A program made the position numbers and the translations under genes. This document shows positions 39,055-49,504 of a stretch of DNA of 64,000 nucleotides, one piece after another. The first letter of the stretch is position 1, and each line of letters begins with the position of its first letter. The stretch is taken from NCBI GenBank assembly GCA_963668315.1, contig OY764216.1:1664001-1728000 (forward strand), written 5' to 3'. The stretch is from Spirochaetia bacterium (GTDB lineage Bacteria > Spirochaetota > Spirochaetia > DSM-2461). The notes beneath the pieces were generated by a model. It saw only the letters and a list, made by a program, of their open reading frames with translations, did not search any database and was not told where the DNA came from.

Positions 39055-39110
39055 ATATAACGGAAGATTCCCCCTCCCTTTACTAGACGGGACAGGCAAA
39101 GAGCCCTAAG

Positions 39111-40502
39111 ATGGGCGTTATGACTGAAAAAATGGGTACTCTCAATCCGATATTGTGCGTCAAGGAAGATAAGGCGTTTTTTTCCCCTCTGATCTCTCTG
39201 GCCATTCCGATCGCCCTCCAGAATCTGGTTGAGACCGCCGTAAACATGCTGGATACTTTTATGATCGGTCAGCTGGGAGAGGCGGCCATAGCGGCTGTCG
39301 CCCTGTCCAACCAGATCTTTTTCCTGCAGATGCTCGCCCTTTTCGGAATTTCCAGCGGATCCGCCGTTTTCACCGCCCAGTTCTGGGGCAAGAAGGATAT
39401 GCCCGGACTTCAGAAAACTTCCGGTCTGGCACTGATCCTGGCGCTTTTTTTCTCCGGACTTTTCACTCTGGCAACCCAGTTGTTCCCCGGAGAAATCCTC
39501 AGGCTTTTCTCGAAGGACGAAGCCGTCATCGCCCTGGCCGTACCCTATCTGCGCATCACTTCCGTCAGTTACATGTTTACCGCCGTGACCATTATCATGG
39601 CCGGCATCCTCCGTACGACGGGGATCGCCAAAGTTCCCCTTTATGTATCCGTCGGGGCTATTTTCATCAATGCCCTGTTCAACTATCTGCTGATTTTCGG
39701 CAAAATGGGATTTCCCCGCCTGGGAACGTCCGGCGCCGCTATCGCCACCAGCCTGGCCCGTATCCTGGAAATGTTAATCCTGCTGGCCATCATATACGGG
39801 AAGAAATACCCCGCCGCCCTCCATCCCCGGCAGATGGGCTCCCTTACCCGGGAATTCCTCAAGAGGTTTTTTCACCGCCTCTACCCGGTTCTTCTCAATG
39901 AAATCGGCTGGTCCGCCGGGATGACCATGTTCACCCTGGTCTACGCCCGGATGGGTACGGATATCCTGGCCGGGTACAATATCACCAATACGATCATTCA
40001 GTTCGCCTTCGTCTTTTTCATGGGGTCGGGCAACGCCAGTGCGGTGATTATGGGAAATATGATAGGGAGGGGAGAGTCATCGGAAAATCTGCAGCGCTGC
40101 AGCCGCAAGCTTCTCTATCTTTCCCCTCTTTTGGGACTGGGATTCGCGGCCCTCATGATTCTGCTGGCTCCCTATGTGCCCCTGCTCTTCAACGTTTCTC
40201 CCGAGGTCCGTCTGCTGGTGACCCGATTTATGTATATCATCTGCCCGGTTATACTGGTCAAAGTCTCCAATATGCATATTATTGTGGGAATATTGAGGAG
40301 CGGGGGGGATACCCATGTGTGTGCGGCGCTGGAACTGATTCCCCTCTGGTTTATCGCCATACCCGCCATGGCTGTAACCGGACTGGTCCTGCACTGGAAT
40401 CCCCTGCTCGTGTACCTGGTTTCCATGAGTGAAGAGGTTCTTAAGTATGTTCTGGGGCTTATCAGGGTTTATTCGGGAAAGTGGATTAATAACGTTACTT
40501 AA
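39111..40502 (+). CDS. MATE-family efflux transporter
   Basis: LAIPIALQNL...DTFMIGQLG, NALFNYLLIFG.MG.P.LG..GAAIAT. Confidence 0.92.
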   Translation: MGVMTEKMGTLNPILCVKEDKAFFSPLISLAIPIALQNLVETAVNMLDTFMIGQLGEAAIAAVALSNQIFFLQMLALFGISSGSAVFTAQFWGKKDMPGLQKTSGLALILALFFSGLFTLATQLFPGEILRLFSKDEAVIALAVPYLRITSVSYMFTAVTIIMAGILRTTGIAKVPLYVSVGAIFINALFNYLLIFGKMGFPRLGTSGAAIATSLARILEMLILLAIIYGKKYPAALHPRQMGSLTREFLKRFFHRLYPVLLNEIGWSAGMTMFTLVYARMGTDILAGYNITNTIIQFAFVFFMGSGNASAVIMGNMIGRGESSENLQRCSRKLLYLSPLLGLGFAALMILLAPYVPLLFNVSPEVRLLVTRFMYIICPVILVKVSNMHIIVGILRSGGDTHVCAALELIPLWFIAIPAMAVTGLVLHWNPLLVYLVSMSEEVLKYVLGLIRVYSGKWINNVT

Positions 40503-40942
40503 GACTTTTCCCTATGTTCCTTCCAGATTTCCCGGAGAAGGGTTTTGAGCATTTCCACCTGGTCATGACCTATCCCGGCGGCAATCTCCGACTCGATTTC
40601 TCCCTTCATGGCATTGCTTTCGAGGCAGTAATTGAGCCCCTTCCCGGTCAGGAACATATATTTGTCCCTTTTATTGCCTTCCCGGTACTCAAAGGACAGG
40701 AAATCCCGCTCTTCCAGACCGCGTGCGCATTTCTGCATGGCCTGGCGGGAAATATTTAAAAGGCGGGAGGCTTCTGATATGGACAGAGGATTCTGGTGAA
40801 TTCGGGCCAGCAGGTGAGCTTCCGTGTGGGAAATGTCATCGCTTCCCGTTTTTTTCCATCTCTCTTCGGCTATGCGGCGCAGATGCAGATGGCTGTCACT
40901 GATAAGGTCAATCAGATTCAATTCGCTCAAAGTCGATTTCAT
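40499..40942 (-). CDS. MarR-family transcriptional regulator
   Basis: ISRQAMQK helix, NKRDKYMFLT.KG wing. Confidence 0.88.
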   Translation of the reverse strand: MKSTLSELNLIDLISDSHLHLRRIAEERWKKTGSDDISHTEAHLLARIHQNPLSISEASRLLNISRQAMQKCARGLEERDFLSFEYREGNKRDKYMFLTGKGLNYCLESNAMKGEIESEIAAGIGHDQVEMLKTLLREIWKEHREKS

Positions 40943-40966
40943 CGCAGAACCCTCTTTTCCGGAGTG

Positions 40967-41458
40967 TCAGGAGGCGTCTTCCGGATTATTCCTCACATCT
41001 ATAGCATAGATTTTTGAAAAGAGAAAGCGCACAAGATTTCCGACAATCAGGAGATTCAGGGGCAGGGCCATGACAAAATTCCTCAAGGCCACCCGGGGGT
41101 AGACAGAGAAGACGTCACGGGAGAATCCGACCGTCTGAATGCTGCCGAACAGGGACATGCAGATGACCATTCCCACTACCATGGAACAGGAAATGGTGAG
41201 GATCAGAACGATCTTTTTCACATCCGGATTGTTCCTGTGTACCCTGTGGGCGAATCCCTTCGCCAGGGGGCCGACGACGAAAATATCAAGGATAAGGGCA
41301 ATGAAAAAGCCCAGCCAGTATTCCCTGAGCAGAATCATAAGGAAGTGTTCTCCCCATCCGCCCATGTTGATATACATATTATAGACTGTCATTCCCAGAA
41401 CCATGAAAAAGCACATCATGGTCGTAAATACGAATTTTTGAAACTTGGTTTCACCCAT
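40967..41458 (-). CDS. DUF2798-like membrane protein
   Basis: Two internal repeats of two Met-rich TM helices; upstream of marR. Confidence 0.7.
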   Translation of the reverse strand: MGETKFQKFVFTTMMCFFMVLGMTVYNMYINMGGWGEHFLMILLREYWLGFFIALILDIFVVGPLAKGFAHRVHRNNPDVKKIVLILTISCSMVVGMVICMSLFGSIQTVGFSRDVFSVYPRVALRNFVMALPLNLLIVGNLVRFLFSKIYAIDVRNNPEDAS

Positions 41459-41508
41459 TTATAATTTTCCTCTTCCTTGTTAATAATTGAACGAAATATA
41501 GAAGGATT

Positions 41509-41543
41509 TGTCATTATTGTCAACTATGTTGACAATAATGACA
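41509..41543. promoter_or_regulatory. Long palindromic operator (probable MarR site)
   Basis: TGTCATTATTGTCAAC-TAT-GTTGACAATAATGACA, 16-bp perfect arms. Confidence 0.7.
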
Positions 41544-41607
41544 GGGTTATGGGGCGAAAAGGGGAAAAAAGTCTTTTCTTTTTTTTTATTTAGGATAATA
41601 TTATTGC

Positions 41608-42729
41608 ATGGAATGGGACAATATTGCTCGAGATCCTAGAACGGTGGAAAATTATACTTTTCTGAAAGACGTGGGAATTCTGGACTTCGTGGATAGCCAG
41701 AAGAGCGAAATCAAAGACATAAATGATCTTTTGGAAGAAGCTTATGTATTGTTCCAGAAAGAATCGATAGAGGAAATCGTCGAGTACATTCTGTGGAGGC
41801 TTTCCGATAAGTTCATTCTCTCCAGCGTTTACATCGTCCTCAATGAAGGCATAATGGTGGATAATATTAAAACCATTGCCTATCAGGGGATGCAGGCGGT
41901 GGAAAAGACCCTGGATATAAAATCCCTCCATCCCTTCGAAGAATTTTTCAGGAAATACACGGGGACGACCAGTTATCTGATTCTGAAAAGTGAAATGGAT
42001 GAAGAGTTCCTGGCCCCGCTGGAAACCTGTTTTCCCGAGATAATCGTTCCCATCCTGGGGATTTCCGGTCTGTACGGTGTCATTCTCTTCGGGGAGAAGA
42101 TCCTGGGAGAGGAATACAGTCCCAAAGAGATTACCTATCTGAACAGGCTCATGAAGTTTACTTCCATCAGCATTCAGAATTCCATCCATTACCATCAGTC
42201 GGTGAAGGATTCCAAAACCGGTCTGTACAACCACAACTTCTTTATGAGCCGTCTTAATGAGGAGATCGCCCGAAGTAAGCGAAGCCACTCCGTTTTTTCC
42301 GTCCTGATTATGGATATAGACAAGTTCAAGCATTTCAACGATACCTACGGCCATCTGGCGGGGGATGAGGTGATTCTCAAGCTGGCGGCGACGATTAAGG
42401 GAGCCATGAGGGAGTGTGACATCCTTTCCCGATTCGGAGGGGAGGAATTTACCATTCTCCTGCCCGATACGACGCCAGAACAATCCTGGGCGGCTTCCGA
42501 AAGGCTGAGAAAAGCTGTGGAGAACATGGAAACGCCCTATCAGGAACATATTTTGAAAGTCACCATAAGCATCGGTATCGCCTCCATACACCCCTATAGC
42601 CTGGGAACCGGCGAAGAGCTTATGAAAAGGGCCGACCAGGCGCTGTATCAGTCCAAGGAGAGGGGGAGAAACCGTTCCACCCATCACAGGTCGGGTCTTC
42701 TCCACCAGGCCCTGGATAAGGAAAATTAA
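41608..42729 (+). CDS. GAF-like plus GGDEF diguanylate cyclase
   Basis: DSKTGLYN, DIDKFKHFND.YGH.AGD, RFGGEEF with RECD I-site. Confidence 0.92.
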   Translation: MEWDNIARDPRTVENYTFLKDVGILDFVDSQKSEIKDINDLLEEAYVLFQKESIEEIVEYILWRLSDKFILSSVYIVLNEGIMVDNIKTIAYQGMQAVEKTLDIKSLHPFEEFFRKYTGTTSYLILKSEMDEEFLAPLETCFPEIIVPILGISGLYGVILFGEKILGEEYSPKEITYLNRLMKFTSISIQNSIHYHQSVKDSKTGLYNHNFFMSRLNEEIARSKRSHSVFSVLIMDIDKFKHFNDTYGHLAGDEVILKLAATIKGAMRECDILSRFGGEEFTILLPDTTPEQSWAASERLRKAVENMETPYQEHILKVTISIGIASIHPYSLGTGEELMKRADQALYQSKERGRNRSTHHRSGLLHQALDKEN

Positions 42730-44750
42730 CCGAGACCGTTCTCCCTGCGGTTCCTTCTTAGCAGATAAGAGAGGATTCCCACGATGATGTAGATGAGAGG
42801 AAGAAGGGTGAACAGGATGTCCCGGGCCTCTTTTTCCACACTATCGTAATCAAGTGTCACATCAAGGGATATTGTCTCTATGTCGGCTTTCCTATAGGCG
42901 TGGCTTGTAATGACCCCTCTGCTCTGCCAGGGTATAAGGGGGGACGCCCATTTCTCTTCCCGGGCTTTAAGTTTTTCTTCGGCCCCGATCTTATCCCTGA
43001 TTTCGTAGCTTTCATTTATTCCCGTAAAGGTGGTGAAGACGTATAAGGCCAGGTCATCTCTTCCTATCCTGTCAGGCCGCCTGTCAAAATCCGAATAATA
43101 CTCCACCAGGCGGATCCGGGGACGACCCTCAAAAAGCCGGGACTGGGCCTTTGTCAGCTCTTCATTCAGCCGGTCGGTCTGCTCCTGCAGGAACATCAGG
43201 GGAATCCGTTTAATCTGCCCCAGGAGGAACTCCCCCGTCATTCCCTCTTCACTTTCCGATACTTCGAGGGCCTTCTCCTTGAGAAGGCCTCCGGCGGGAT
43301 AGGGGATAAGCTCGAAATCCTCCACGCTCTCCACCCAGTTCAGGGCCTCGGCTATTTCCATAAGGACGGGGAAGCTGGCACTGTCTCCGAAGTCTCCGGC
43401 GAAATCTTTCAGCTCTTTTGTTCCCTCTCCGGCAGCGAGAGTCTCCAGCAGAAACATATAGGACTTATTGTTGTCGCTCAGCTCGTAGGAGGCGATATAG
43501 ATATAATCCTCCGTACGCTGAAGTTCCTCTATGAGGGCTATACGCTGGAGGAGGGGATCAAGGTCGAGTACCGGGAAGGGAGAATCGTCGGTGAGCAGAA
43601 TCGCTTCGTAGTTATCCAGGGGCAGATAGGCCGTTTCGGTTGTGAGGTTCACATACTGGCCCTCCCGGAAGGAAAAGGAGGAGATCTCATCCCATCCGCT
43701 GAAGTCCGAAGGAAGATCCCTGGTTTGTACGTAATTATACAGATGCCGGCATTTTAAGGGTATCTCCCCGGCGAAAAGAAGTATCAGAAGGGTTAGGAAG
43801 CTGAGGGAGGCAAAAAGAATAAAGCGGTGGGGCCTTCGGGTCGGGTTTTTCTCTTCCTCCTTCTCAACGGACAGGAAAGGCTCCATGGACAGGACCCGGA
43901 GCTGGTATCCGTCTGTACCCTGGGGATAGGCCTCAAGGCTTATCTCTTTGCCGGGAGAGAGGTCCTTTTCCCATCCCGATGGAAAGATAAGGCTGAATCT
44001 GTCCAGGCTGTAGGCCCCGGGAGCTCCGGCCAGGGGGCCCTTCACCCTTACCAGCTCCTTCCTGTGAATCGGGTATTTCAAGGGGTAGCGGTCGCTGAGG
44101 ATGAACAGCAGAAAAATTACCAGCGCCCCTGCCGCCGTTCCGATTCGGAGAGGAAGGGAGGGGAGGACGGCGGAGAGAACGGTCAGAGCCAGGAACAGCA
44201 GGATGGGAAGCCAGCGGTAATCCTTGAAGAGCCAGTCCTGCTCCCGGTCGCTGACCATACGGGAGCGGCTCAGGCTAAGGTTCTCACCGGTAAAGGATGC
44301 ATCCTTCTCCAAGGCGGTTTGAATCTTTTCCTCATCGATCAGGGAATAGCTTCCGTTCAGGGTAAGGATAAGGGCTCCCTTTTTTCTATGGGGGAGGATG
44401 ATTTCGGCCCGGTTATTGTCGGCCAGAAAGGTTTTGTGGCGGTTCTCCCACTGGACGACCACATCGCCCAGAGTATAAACGGTCTCTGTCTGGCTGTTAT
44501 TGGTTCGCAGGATCAGGGAGGTCAGCTCTCCCTCCAGGGCATAGACCTTCTCGCCGGAATCTATCGTTTCTCCATAGAGGGCCCGGACAGCCCGGCTTTC
44601 TTCGGGGCGGACGGTCCTGTGAAAGGGTGTATTTTCCACCACCTTCCGGGATATTTTCTTTTTATCCTTTTTCCCGCTGTAATAGGCGATTACATTGATG
44701 ATCGATACGGTAATGATAATAAGATATAGGACGAGTCTTAAGGTTCCCAT
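42726..44750 (-). CDS. IgaA/UmoB-like inner-membrane protein
   Basis: 4+1 TM topology with a large periplasmic domain; segments resembling enterobacterial IgaA (RTVRPEESRAV, NRAEII...LILTLNG..L, LIFPSGW, FLSVEKEEEKNP); AAGGAG RBS. Confidence 0.65.
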   Translation of the reverse strand: MGTLRLVLYLIIITVSIINVIAYYSGKKDKKKISRKVVENTPFHRTVRPEESRAVRALYGETIDSGEKVYALEGELTSLILRTNNSQTETVYTLGDVVVQWENRHKTFLADNNRAEIILPHRKKGALILTLNGSYSLIDEEKIQTALEKDASFTGENLSLSRSRMVSDREQDWLFKDYRWLPILLFLALTVLSAVLPSLPLRIGTAAGALVIFLLFILSDRYPLKYPIHRKELVRVKGPLAGAPGAYSLDRFSLIFPSGWEKDLSPGKEISLEAYPQGTDGYQLRVLSMEPFLSVEKEEEKNPTRRPHRFILFASLSFLTLLILLFAGEIPLKCRHLYNYVQTRDLPSDFSGWDEISSFSFREGQYVNLTTETAYLPLDNYEAILLTDDSPFPVLDLDPLLQRIALIEELQRTEDYIYIASYELSDNNKSYMFLLETLAAGEGTKELKDFAGDFGDSASFPVLMEIAEALNWVESVEDFELIPYPAGGLLKEKALEVSESEEGMTGEFLLGQIKRIPLMFLQEQTDRLNEELTKAQSRLFEGRPRIRLVEYYSDFDRRPDRIGRDDLALYVFTTFTGINESYEIRDKIGAEEKLKAREEKWASPLIPWQSRGVITSHAYRKADIETISLDVTLDYDSVEKEARDILFTLLPLIYIIVGILSYLLRRNRRENGLG

Positions 44751-44937
44751 GGGCCGCTCCTTGATGCTGTATAGTTTTTCGGGAATCAAAACATACAGCA
44801 ACAATCCCCCATAATCCACTCTTATATAGATATTCTTCCCGCTTCAAGGGCATTTTTGTTTCTGGTGGATTTTCGGTTCCCTTTCAAGAGGGGGAAGCGG
44901 GGTTATGTTCCGGCGGAAAAAGCCCTATAATCACGCC

Positions 44938-47436
44938 ATGGCCGATGATCTTCCCGTAAAGCAAATTCTCCCAGTCCTCATTGAAACGCTCCGAACCGGC
45001 GGGACTGCCCTTCTGGAGGCTCCCCCCGGCGCCGGCAAATCCACTCTTGTTCCGCCCGCCCTTCTCAAGTCCGGTCTGGCGGGGAAGGGGAAAATCTATC
45101 TCCTCGAACCGCGCCGTCTGGCCGCCCGCTCTCTGGCCAGGTATATTTCCCGTGAACTGAACGACACGGTGGGAGGGCAGTGCGGCTACCGTGTTCACAG
45201 GGAAACGAAAGTCTCATCAAAAACTCGGATCGAAGTTGTCACAGAGGGTGTTCTGGTGCGCATGCTGCAGAGCGATCCGGCCCTGGAAGAGGGAAGTATC
45301 GTTCTTTTTGACGAGTTCCATGAGAGGAATATCCTGTCCGATCTGGCTTTGACTCTTCTTATGGAAGTGAGAGAAACTCTCAGGGACGATCTCATTCTTC
45401 TTTTCATGTCCGCCACGCCGGACTGCGAGGCTCTGGAGCGTATTCTTCCCGGCCTTCCCCTCATCCGCTCGGAGGGGCGTCAGTTTCCGGTGGAAAAGAT
45501 CTACCGGCCCATGAAGGGAACTGGCGCCGCCGGCTCCTTGAGGCTGGGAGCGGCTCCTCTGGATACGGTGAGGGAAGCCCTGGAGAAAACGGGGGGAGAC
45601 ATACTGGTCTTTCTCCCCGGCGAGAGGGAGATTTCCCGCTGGCAGGGAGAACTATCCCGCGAATTCGGGAGCGGGGCTTCCCCGGCGGAGGTGCTCGCCC
45701 TTTACGGACGTTTGTCTCTGGACCGGCAAAGCCGGATCATCACCCCCGATCCGGCACGGAGAGGGAGAAGGATTATTCTGTCCACGGACATTGCCGAGAC
45801 CAGTCTGACCATTCCGGGAATCACCGCCGTTATCGATACGGGATTGACCCGGCGGCCGCTCTATAATCCGTCCACCGGCCTCACCCTGCTGACCACCGAG
45901 GAGATCTCCCTCGCTTCGGCGGAGCAGCGGGCCGGCCGCGCGGGAAGAACCGCCCCCGGCGTGTGTTTTCGCCTGTGGGAGCCGGCCGGAGAGAGGGGAT
46001 GGGACAGGCAGACTCCCCCCGAAATACTCCAGGCCGATCTGACGCCCCTGGTCCTTGAAAGGGCCTTGTGGGGCAGTCCCGATCCTTCCGACGCCGCCTG
46101 GCTGACCCCTCCCCCCGAGGGAGCCTGGAAAGGGGCGGCGGATCTTCTTATCCTCCTGGGAGCTCTGGACGGGGAGAGGCGGATTACCCCTAAAGGCAGG
46201 GAGATGGCCTCCCTGCCGGTCCATCCCCGTTTGGCGGCTCTGCTGCTTTTCGGAAAGGAGAAGGGCCTCTTCGGGGAAGCGGCTCTCCTGGCCGCGTTTC
46301 TGGGAGAGAGGGATTTTCTGCCTACCTCCGCCGGGGGGGATATCTTCCTCAGGCTGGATTATCTGACCGGCGGGCGGGCCTCCGGTGAGTATGCCCGTGC
46401 GGTTGGGGGGATAAGAGATGAAGCCGGTCATCTGATGGGGCTGCTCGGGAAAGAGGGTTTTACCTATAAGGGGCTTTACCAATCCATCCTTACCGAGGGA
46501 GCTTCTCTGGTGGCTCAGGCCTATCCGGACAGAATCGGCCTCCAGACGGGAGAAGCGGTTTACCAGCTCTCGGGAGGGGGACGCGTTATCCTTGATGCCG
46601 CCGATCCCCTGGCCGTGCATCCCATGCTCGTCGCCGCCCATTGCGGGGGGCACCGGGACAGGCAGAGGCTTTTTCTGGGAATGCCCCTGGACAGGAAGGA
46701 AGCGGAGGAAATTTTCGCAGACAGGATTATCCGGGAATCCCATGGGAGATGGGATCGGAATACATCCCGGCTGCGCTGTGAAATCCGCCGCCGGCTGGGG
46801 CAGATAACCCTTTCCGTCACGGCGGAGAAGAGTCCCGGTTCCGGGGAGGCCGGCCGGATTCTCGGCGAGGCCATCCGTTCCGAAGGACTGAGCATTCTAC
46901 CCTGGGACAGGGAGAGCCGCCGGTTGTATGATCGGATGGTGTTCACGGCGGCCCAGCGGGGGGACGACTGGCCCGATCTGGCCGATGAGGCCCTGGGGGA
47001 CAGGGCGGGGGAGTGGCTCGTTCCCTTTCTGGACAGGGGAGGTCTGAAAGGCTCTCTGGTTCAGCCCCTTCTCTCCCTGCTGACATGGGAACAGCAGCAG
47101 GATCTGGATAGGACGGCGCCCGACTCCTATCAGACAGCCCTGGGAAACAGGCGCAGAATCGACTATTCCGAGAGAGAGCCCTTTCTGCCGGTACCGCTTC
47201 AGGAAATGTACGGTACCACCGAGTCGCCCCGCCTGGGGAATCACCCCCTGACTCTGCATCTGCTCAATCCCGCCGGCCGCCCCGTTCAGGTCACCTCCGA
47301 CTTGAAAAGTTTCTGGGCGGGCAGCTGGGCCCAGGTCAGGAGTGAGCTGAAGGGGCGCTATCCCAAGCATTTCTGGCCCGAGAATCCCGCCGAAGCTGTC
47401 CCCTCCCTGAAAACGGGAAAGAACCGTCCCGAGTGA
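44938..47436 (+). CDS. hrpB: ATP-dependent helicase HrpB
   Basis: APPGAGKST, DEFHER, MSAT, QRAGRAGR, C-terminal ELKGRYPKHFWP. Confidence 0.96.
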   Translation: MADDLPVKQILPVLIETLRTGGTALLEAPPGAGKSTLVPPALLKSGLAGKGKIYLLEPRRLAARSLARYISRELNDTVGGQCGYRVHRETKVSSKTRIEVVTEGVLVRMLQSDPALEEGSIVLFDEFHERNILSDLALTLLMEVRETLRDDLILLFMSATPDCEALERILPGLPLIRSEGRQFPVEKIYRPMKGTGAAGSLRLGAAPLDTVREALEKTGGDILVFLPGEREISRWQGELSREFGSGASPAEVLALYGRLSLDRQSRIITPDPARRGRRIILSTDIAETSLTIPGITAVIDTGLTRRPLYNPSTGLTLLTTEEISLASAEQRAGRAGRTAPGVCFRLWEPAGERGWDRQTPPEILQADLTPLVLERALWGSPDPSDAAWLTPPPEGAWKGAADLLILLGALDGERRITPKGREMASLPVHPRLAALLLFGKEKGLFGEAALLAAFLGERDFLPTSAGGDIFLRLDYLTGGRASGEYARAVGGIRDEAGHLMGLLGKEGFTYKGLYQSILTEGASLVAQAYPDRIGLQTGEAVYQLSGGGRVILDAADPLAVHPMLVAAHCGGHRDRQRLFLGMPLDRKEAEEIFADRIIRESHGRWDRNTSRLRCEIRRRLGQITLSVTAEKSPGSGEAGRILGEAIRSEGLSILPWDRESRRLYDRMVFTAAQRGDDWPDLADEALGDRAGEWLVPFLDRGGLKGSLVQPLLSLLTWEQQQDLDRTAPDSYQTALGNRRRIDYSEREPFLPVPLQEMYGTTESPRLGNHPLTLHLLNPAGRPVQVTSDLKSFWAGSWAQVRSELKGRYPKHFWPENPAEAVPSLKTGKNRPE

Positions 47437-47489
47437 GGGCTGTCCCTTCGGCTTGACATTTTTCCAGGCTGCGAAGATGATAGAGATTC

Positions 47490-48719
47490 ATGGCAGAGAT
47501 GAAGGGAAAAAAGGAAAATCTATTCAGGGAACTCTCGCAGAGCGAAAAGATTCTGCTCCCCGTTGATACTCTCAGACAGGGGGTGGACGGGATTTTCGAC
47601 ACCCTGAAGAATACCGTTTTTCTTCTGGTCGCCATTCAGTTCTATCACGCGGGAGATCACTGGAATTCACTTATCAGCGCCGCCGTGGCGGGCGGGATGC
47701 TGGCGGCTATCTTCCTTACCCCCTTTCTGGAAAAGAGATTCTTCCCCCGCACTATCCTGGTGGTGTCGACCTTTCTCATGGCCCTTTCTCTGCTGGTTCC
47801 CCTTGCCGTTCCGGGAGAAGAGGCCTACGCCCTGGGGATTTCTTTCTGTCTTTTCCTCACTTCCCTCAGGATCCCCTTTTTTACCGGCTATTACAGTGAG
47901 TGCTACCGGGCGGACAGAATGGCCCGTCTCATGTCCGTGGGGACGCTGATCATGTTTCTCCTCGCTACCGGCTCAAGCTGGCTTTTCGGTCATATGCTGG
48001 AGCAGAATTTAAGGGCCTACCGCTCTATTCTGATTCTGAGCGCGCTGCTTATCATGGCCAACGGCTTTTTTCTCATGAAACTTCCCGCGGGAAATGAGCC
48101 GGCCGCCGGGAAACTGCCTTTCTGGGAGAATCTCAAGCTTATCTGGCAGGACCCCCGGTTCGGCATAGCCTCTCTCAGTTGGATGGTTCTTGGCTTCGCC
48201 AATCTCTGGTCCACCCCTATCCGGACCGTTTTTCTTTCCGATCCCGAAAGGGGGCTGGGACTTGATCCTATGACCGTACTCCTGATCCTGGGGATCATTC
48301 CCGGAATTGTCCGCCTTTTAAGCAATTTTTTCTGGGCCCGTTTTTATGACAAAGCTCCCTTTGTCGTCATGCGTATGGCTATGAATATAATCATCGGTCT
48401 GGGGTTTTTCTTTTTCTTCATCAGCAGGAATCTCTGGATCATCGGACTGGGATCGATTCTTATCTATATGTCCCTGGCCGGAGCACCCTTTGTCTGGAAT
48501 CTTTGGGTGATGAGGCTGGCCCCTGCGGGAGAGGCCAGACGCTATATGTCGGTCCATTCGTTCCTCTGCGGAATACGGGGACTGGCCGGTCCCCCTCTGG
48601 CCTTTCTTTTTATCCAGAGCCATGACATCAGGGAAATCGGCATGATCTCAGTCGTCCTGGCTTTTCTGTCCGTCATTATTCTGCTGCCCCTGCTGCTCGT
48701 ACAAAAATACCGGTTTTAA
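47490..48719 (+). CDS. MFS transporter
   Basis: About 12 hydrophobic helices, 409 aa. Confidence 0.75.
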   Translation: MAEMKGKKENLFRELSQSEKILLPVDTLRQGVDGIFDTLKNTVFLLVAIQFYHAGDHWNSLISAAVAGGMLAAIFLTPFLEKRFFPRTILVVSTFLMALSLLVPLAVPGEEAYALGISFCLFLTSLRIPFFTGYYSECYRADRMARLMSVGTLIMFLLATGSSWLFGHMLEQNLRAYRSILILSALLIMANGFFLMKLPAGNEPAAGKLPFWENLKLIWQDPRFGIASLSWMVLGFANLWSTPIRTVFLSDPERGLGLDPMTVLLILGIIPGIVRLLSNFFWARFYDKAPFVVMRMAMNIIIGLGFFFFFISRNLWIIGLGSILIYMSLAGAPFVWNLWVMRLAPAGEARRYMSVHSFLCGIRGLAGPPLAFLFIQSHDIREIGMISVVLAFLSVIILLPLLLVQKYRF

Positions 48720-48731
48720 TAAGGAGAACCT

Positions 48732-48968
48732 ATGCCCCATATCGTAGTGAAAATGTATCCCGGACGCACGGAAGAACAGAAAAGCGCTTTCACCGAGAAG
48801 ATTGTCGAATGCGCCCTGAAAGAGCTTCAGTGCAGGAGAGACGCTCTTTCGGTAGCCATTGAGGAGATATCCCCCGAAGAGTGGATGGACCGTGTCTACG
48901 CACCCGAAATAGAGGGAAAAGCAGAGACCCTGACAAAGAAGCCCGGTTACGGATCGCTGGCTGAATAG
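48732..48968 (+). CDS. 4-oxalocrotonate tautomerase family protein (PptA-like)
   Basis: Catalytic Pro-1 (MPHIVVKMYPGRTEEQK), C-terminal KKPGY; AAGGAG RBS. Confidence 0.88.
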   Translation: MPHIVVKMYPGRTEEQKSAFTEKIVECALKELQCRRDALSVAIEEISPEEWMDRVYAPEIEGKAETLTKKPGYGSLAE

Positions 48969-48979
48969 TATAGGGTATA

Positions 48980-49504
48980 TCAGCCGATGATGGCGCCCCG
49001 GCTCTCCTTCATTTGAAAGATCGTGTCGATAAGTCCTTCATGGTAGGGGACGAAGAGGCTTTCGTTGCGCATACCATGGATCTCTTCGCGGGAAGCCCAT
49101 CGGACATCTTTTACCTCTTCTTCCTGAAGATCCAGCTCGTCAAGGTTCAGAGCCCTGTCAATAACAAGGTAGAAGTCGTCGAAGCCCTGCTCGAAGTTGA
49201 CCGTAAGATGGGGACGGAGACCGTTCATATCCTTTCGGTAGCCAATCTCCTCCCGCGCTTCCCTGACGGCGGCCTGCAGGCTGGATTCTCCCGCCAAGGC
49301 GCTTCCCCCCACGCTTAGATCCCACATTCCGGGCCACCCCTCCTTGAACGTCTGACGCTGCTGGATCAGGAGTTCTCCCCGCCCGTTGAACAGGCAGACA
49401 TGAACAACGAGATGGAACTCCCCCGGTTGAAATTCCGTCCCCCGAGTCTTGGTCTTTCCCGTCTTTTGCCGTGTGCTGTCATAAATATCCCAAAGTTCTG
49501 TCAT
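48980..49504 (-). CDS. NUDIX hydrolase
   Basis: GGSALAGESSLQAAVREAREEIG Nudix box. Confidence 0.9.
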   Translation of the reverse strand: MTELWDIYDSTRQKTGKTKTRGTEFQPGEFHLVVHVCLFNGRGELLIQQRQTFKEGWPGMWDLSVGGSALAGESSLQAAVREAREEIGYRKDMNGLRPHLTVNFEQGFDDFYLVIDRALNLDELDLQEEEVKDVRWASREEIHGMRNESLFVPYHEGLIDTIFQMKESRGAIIG

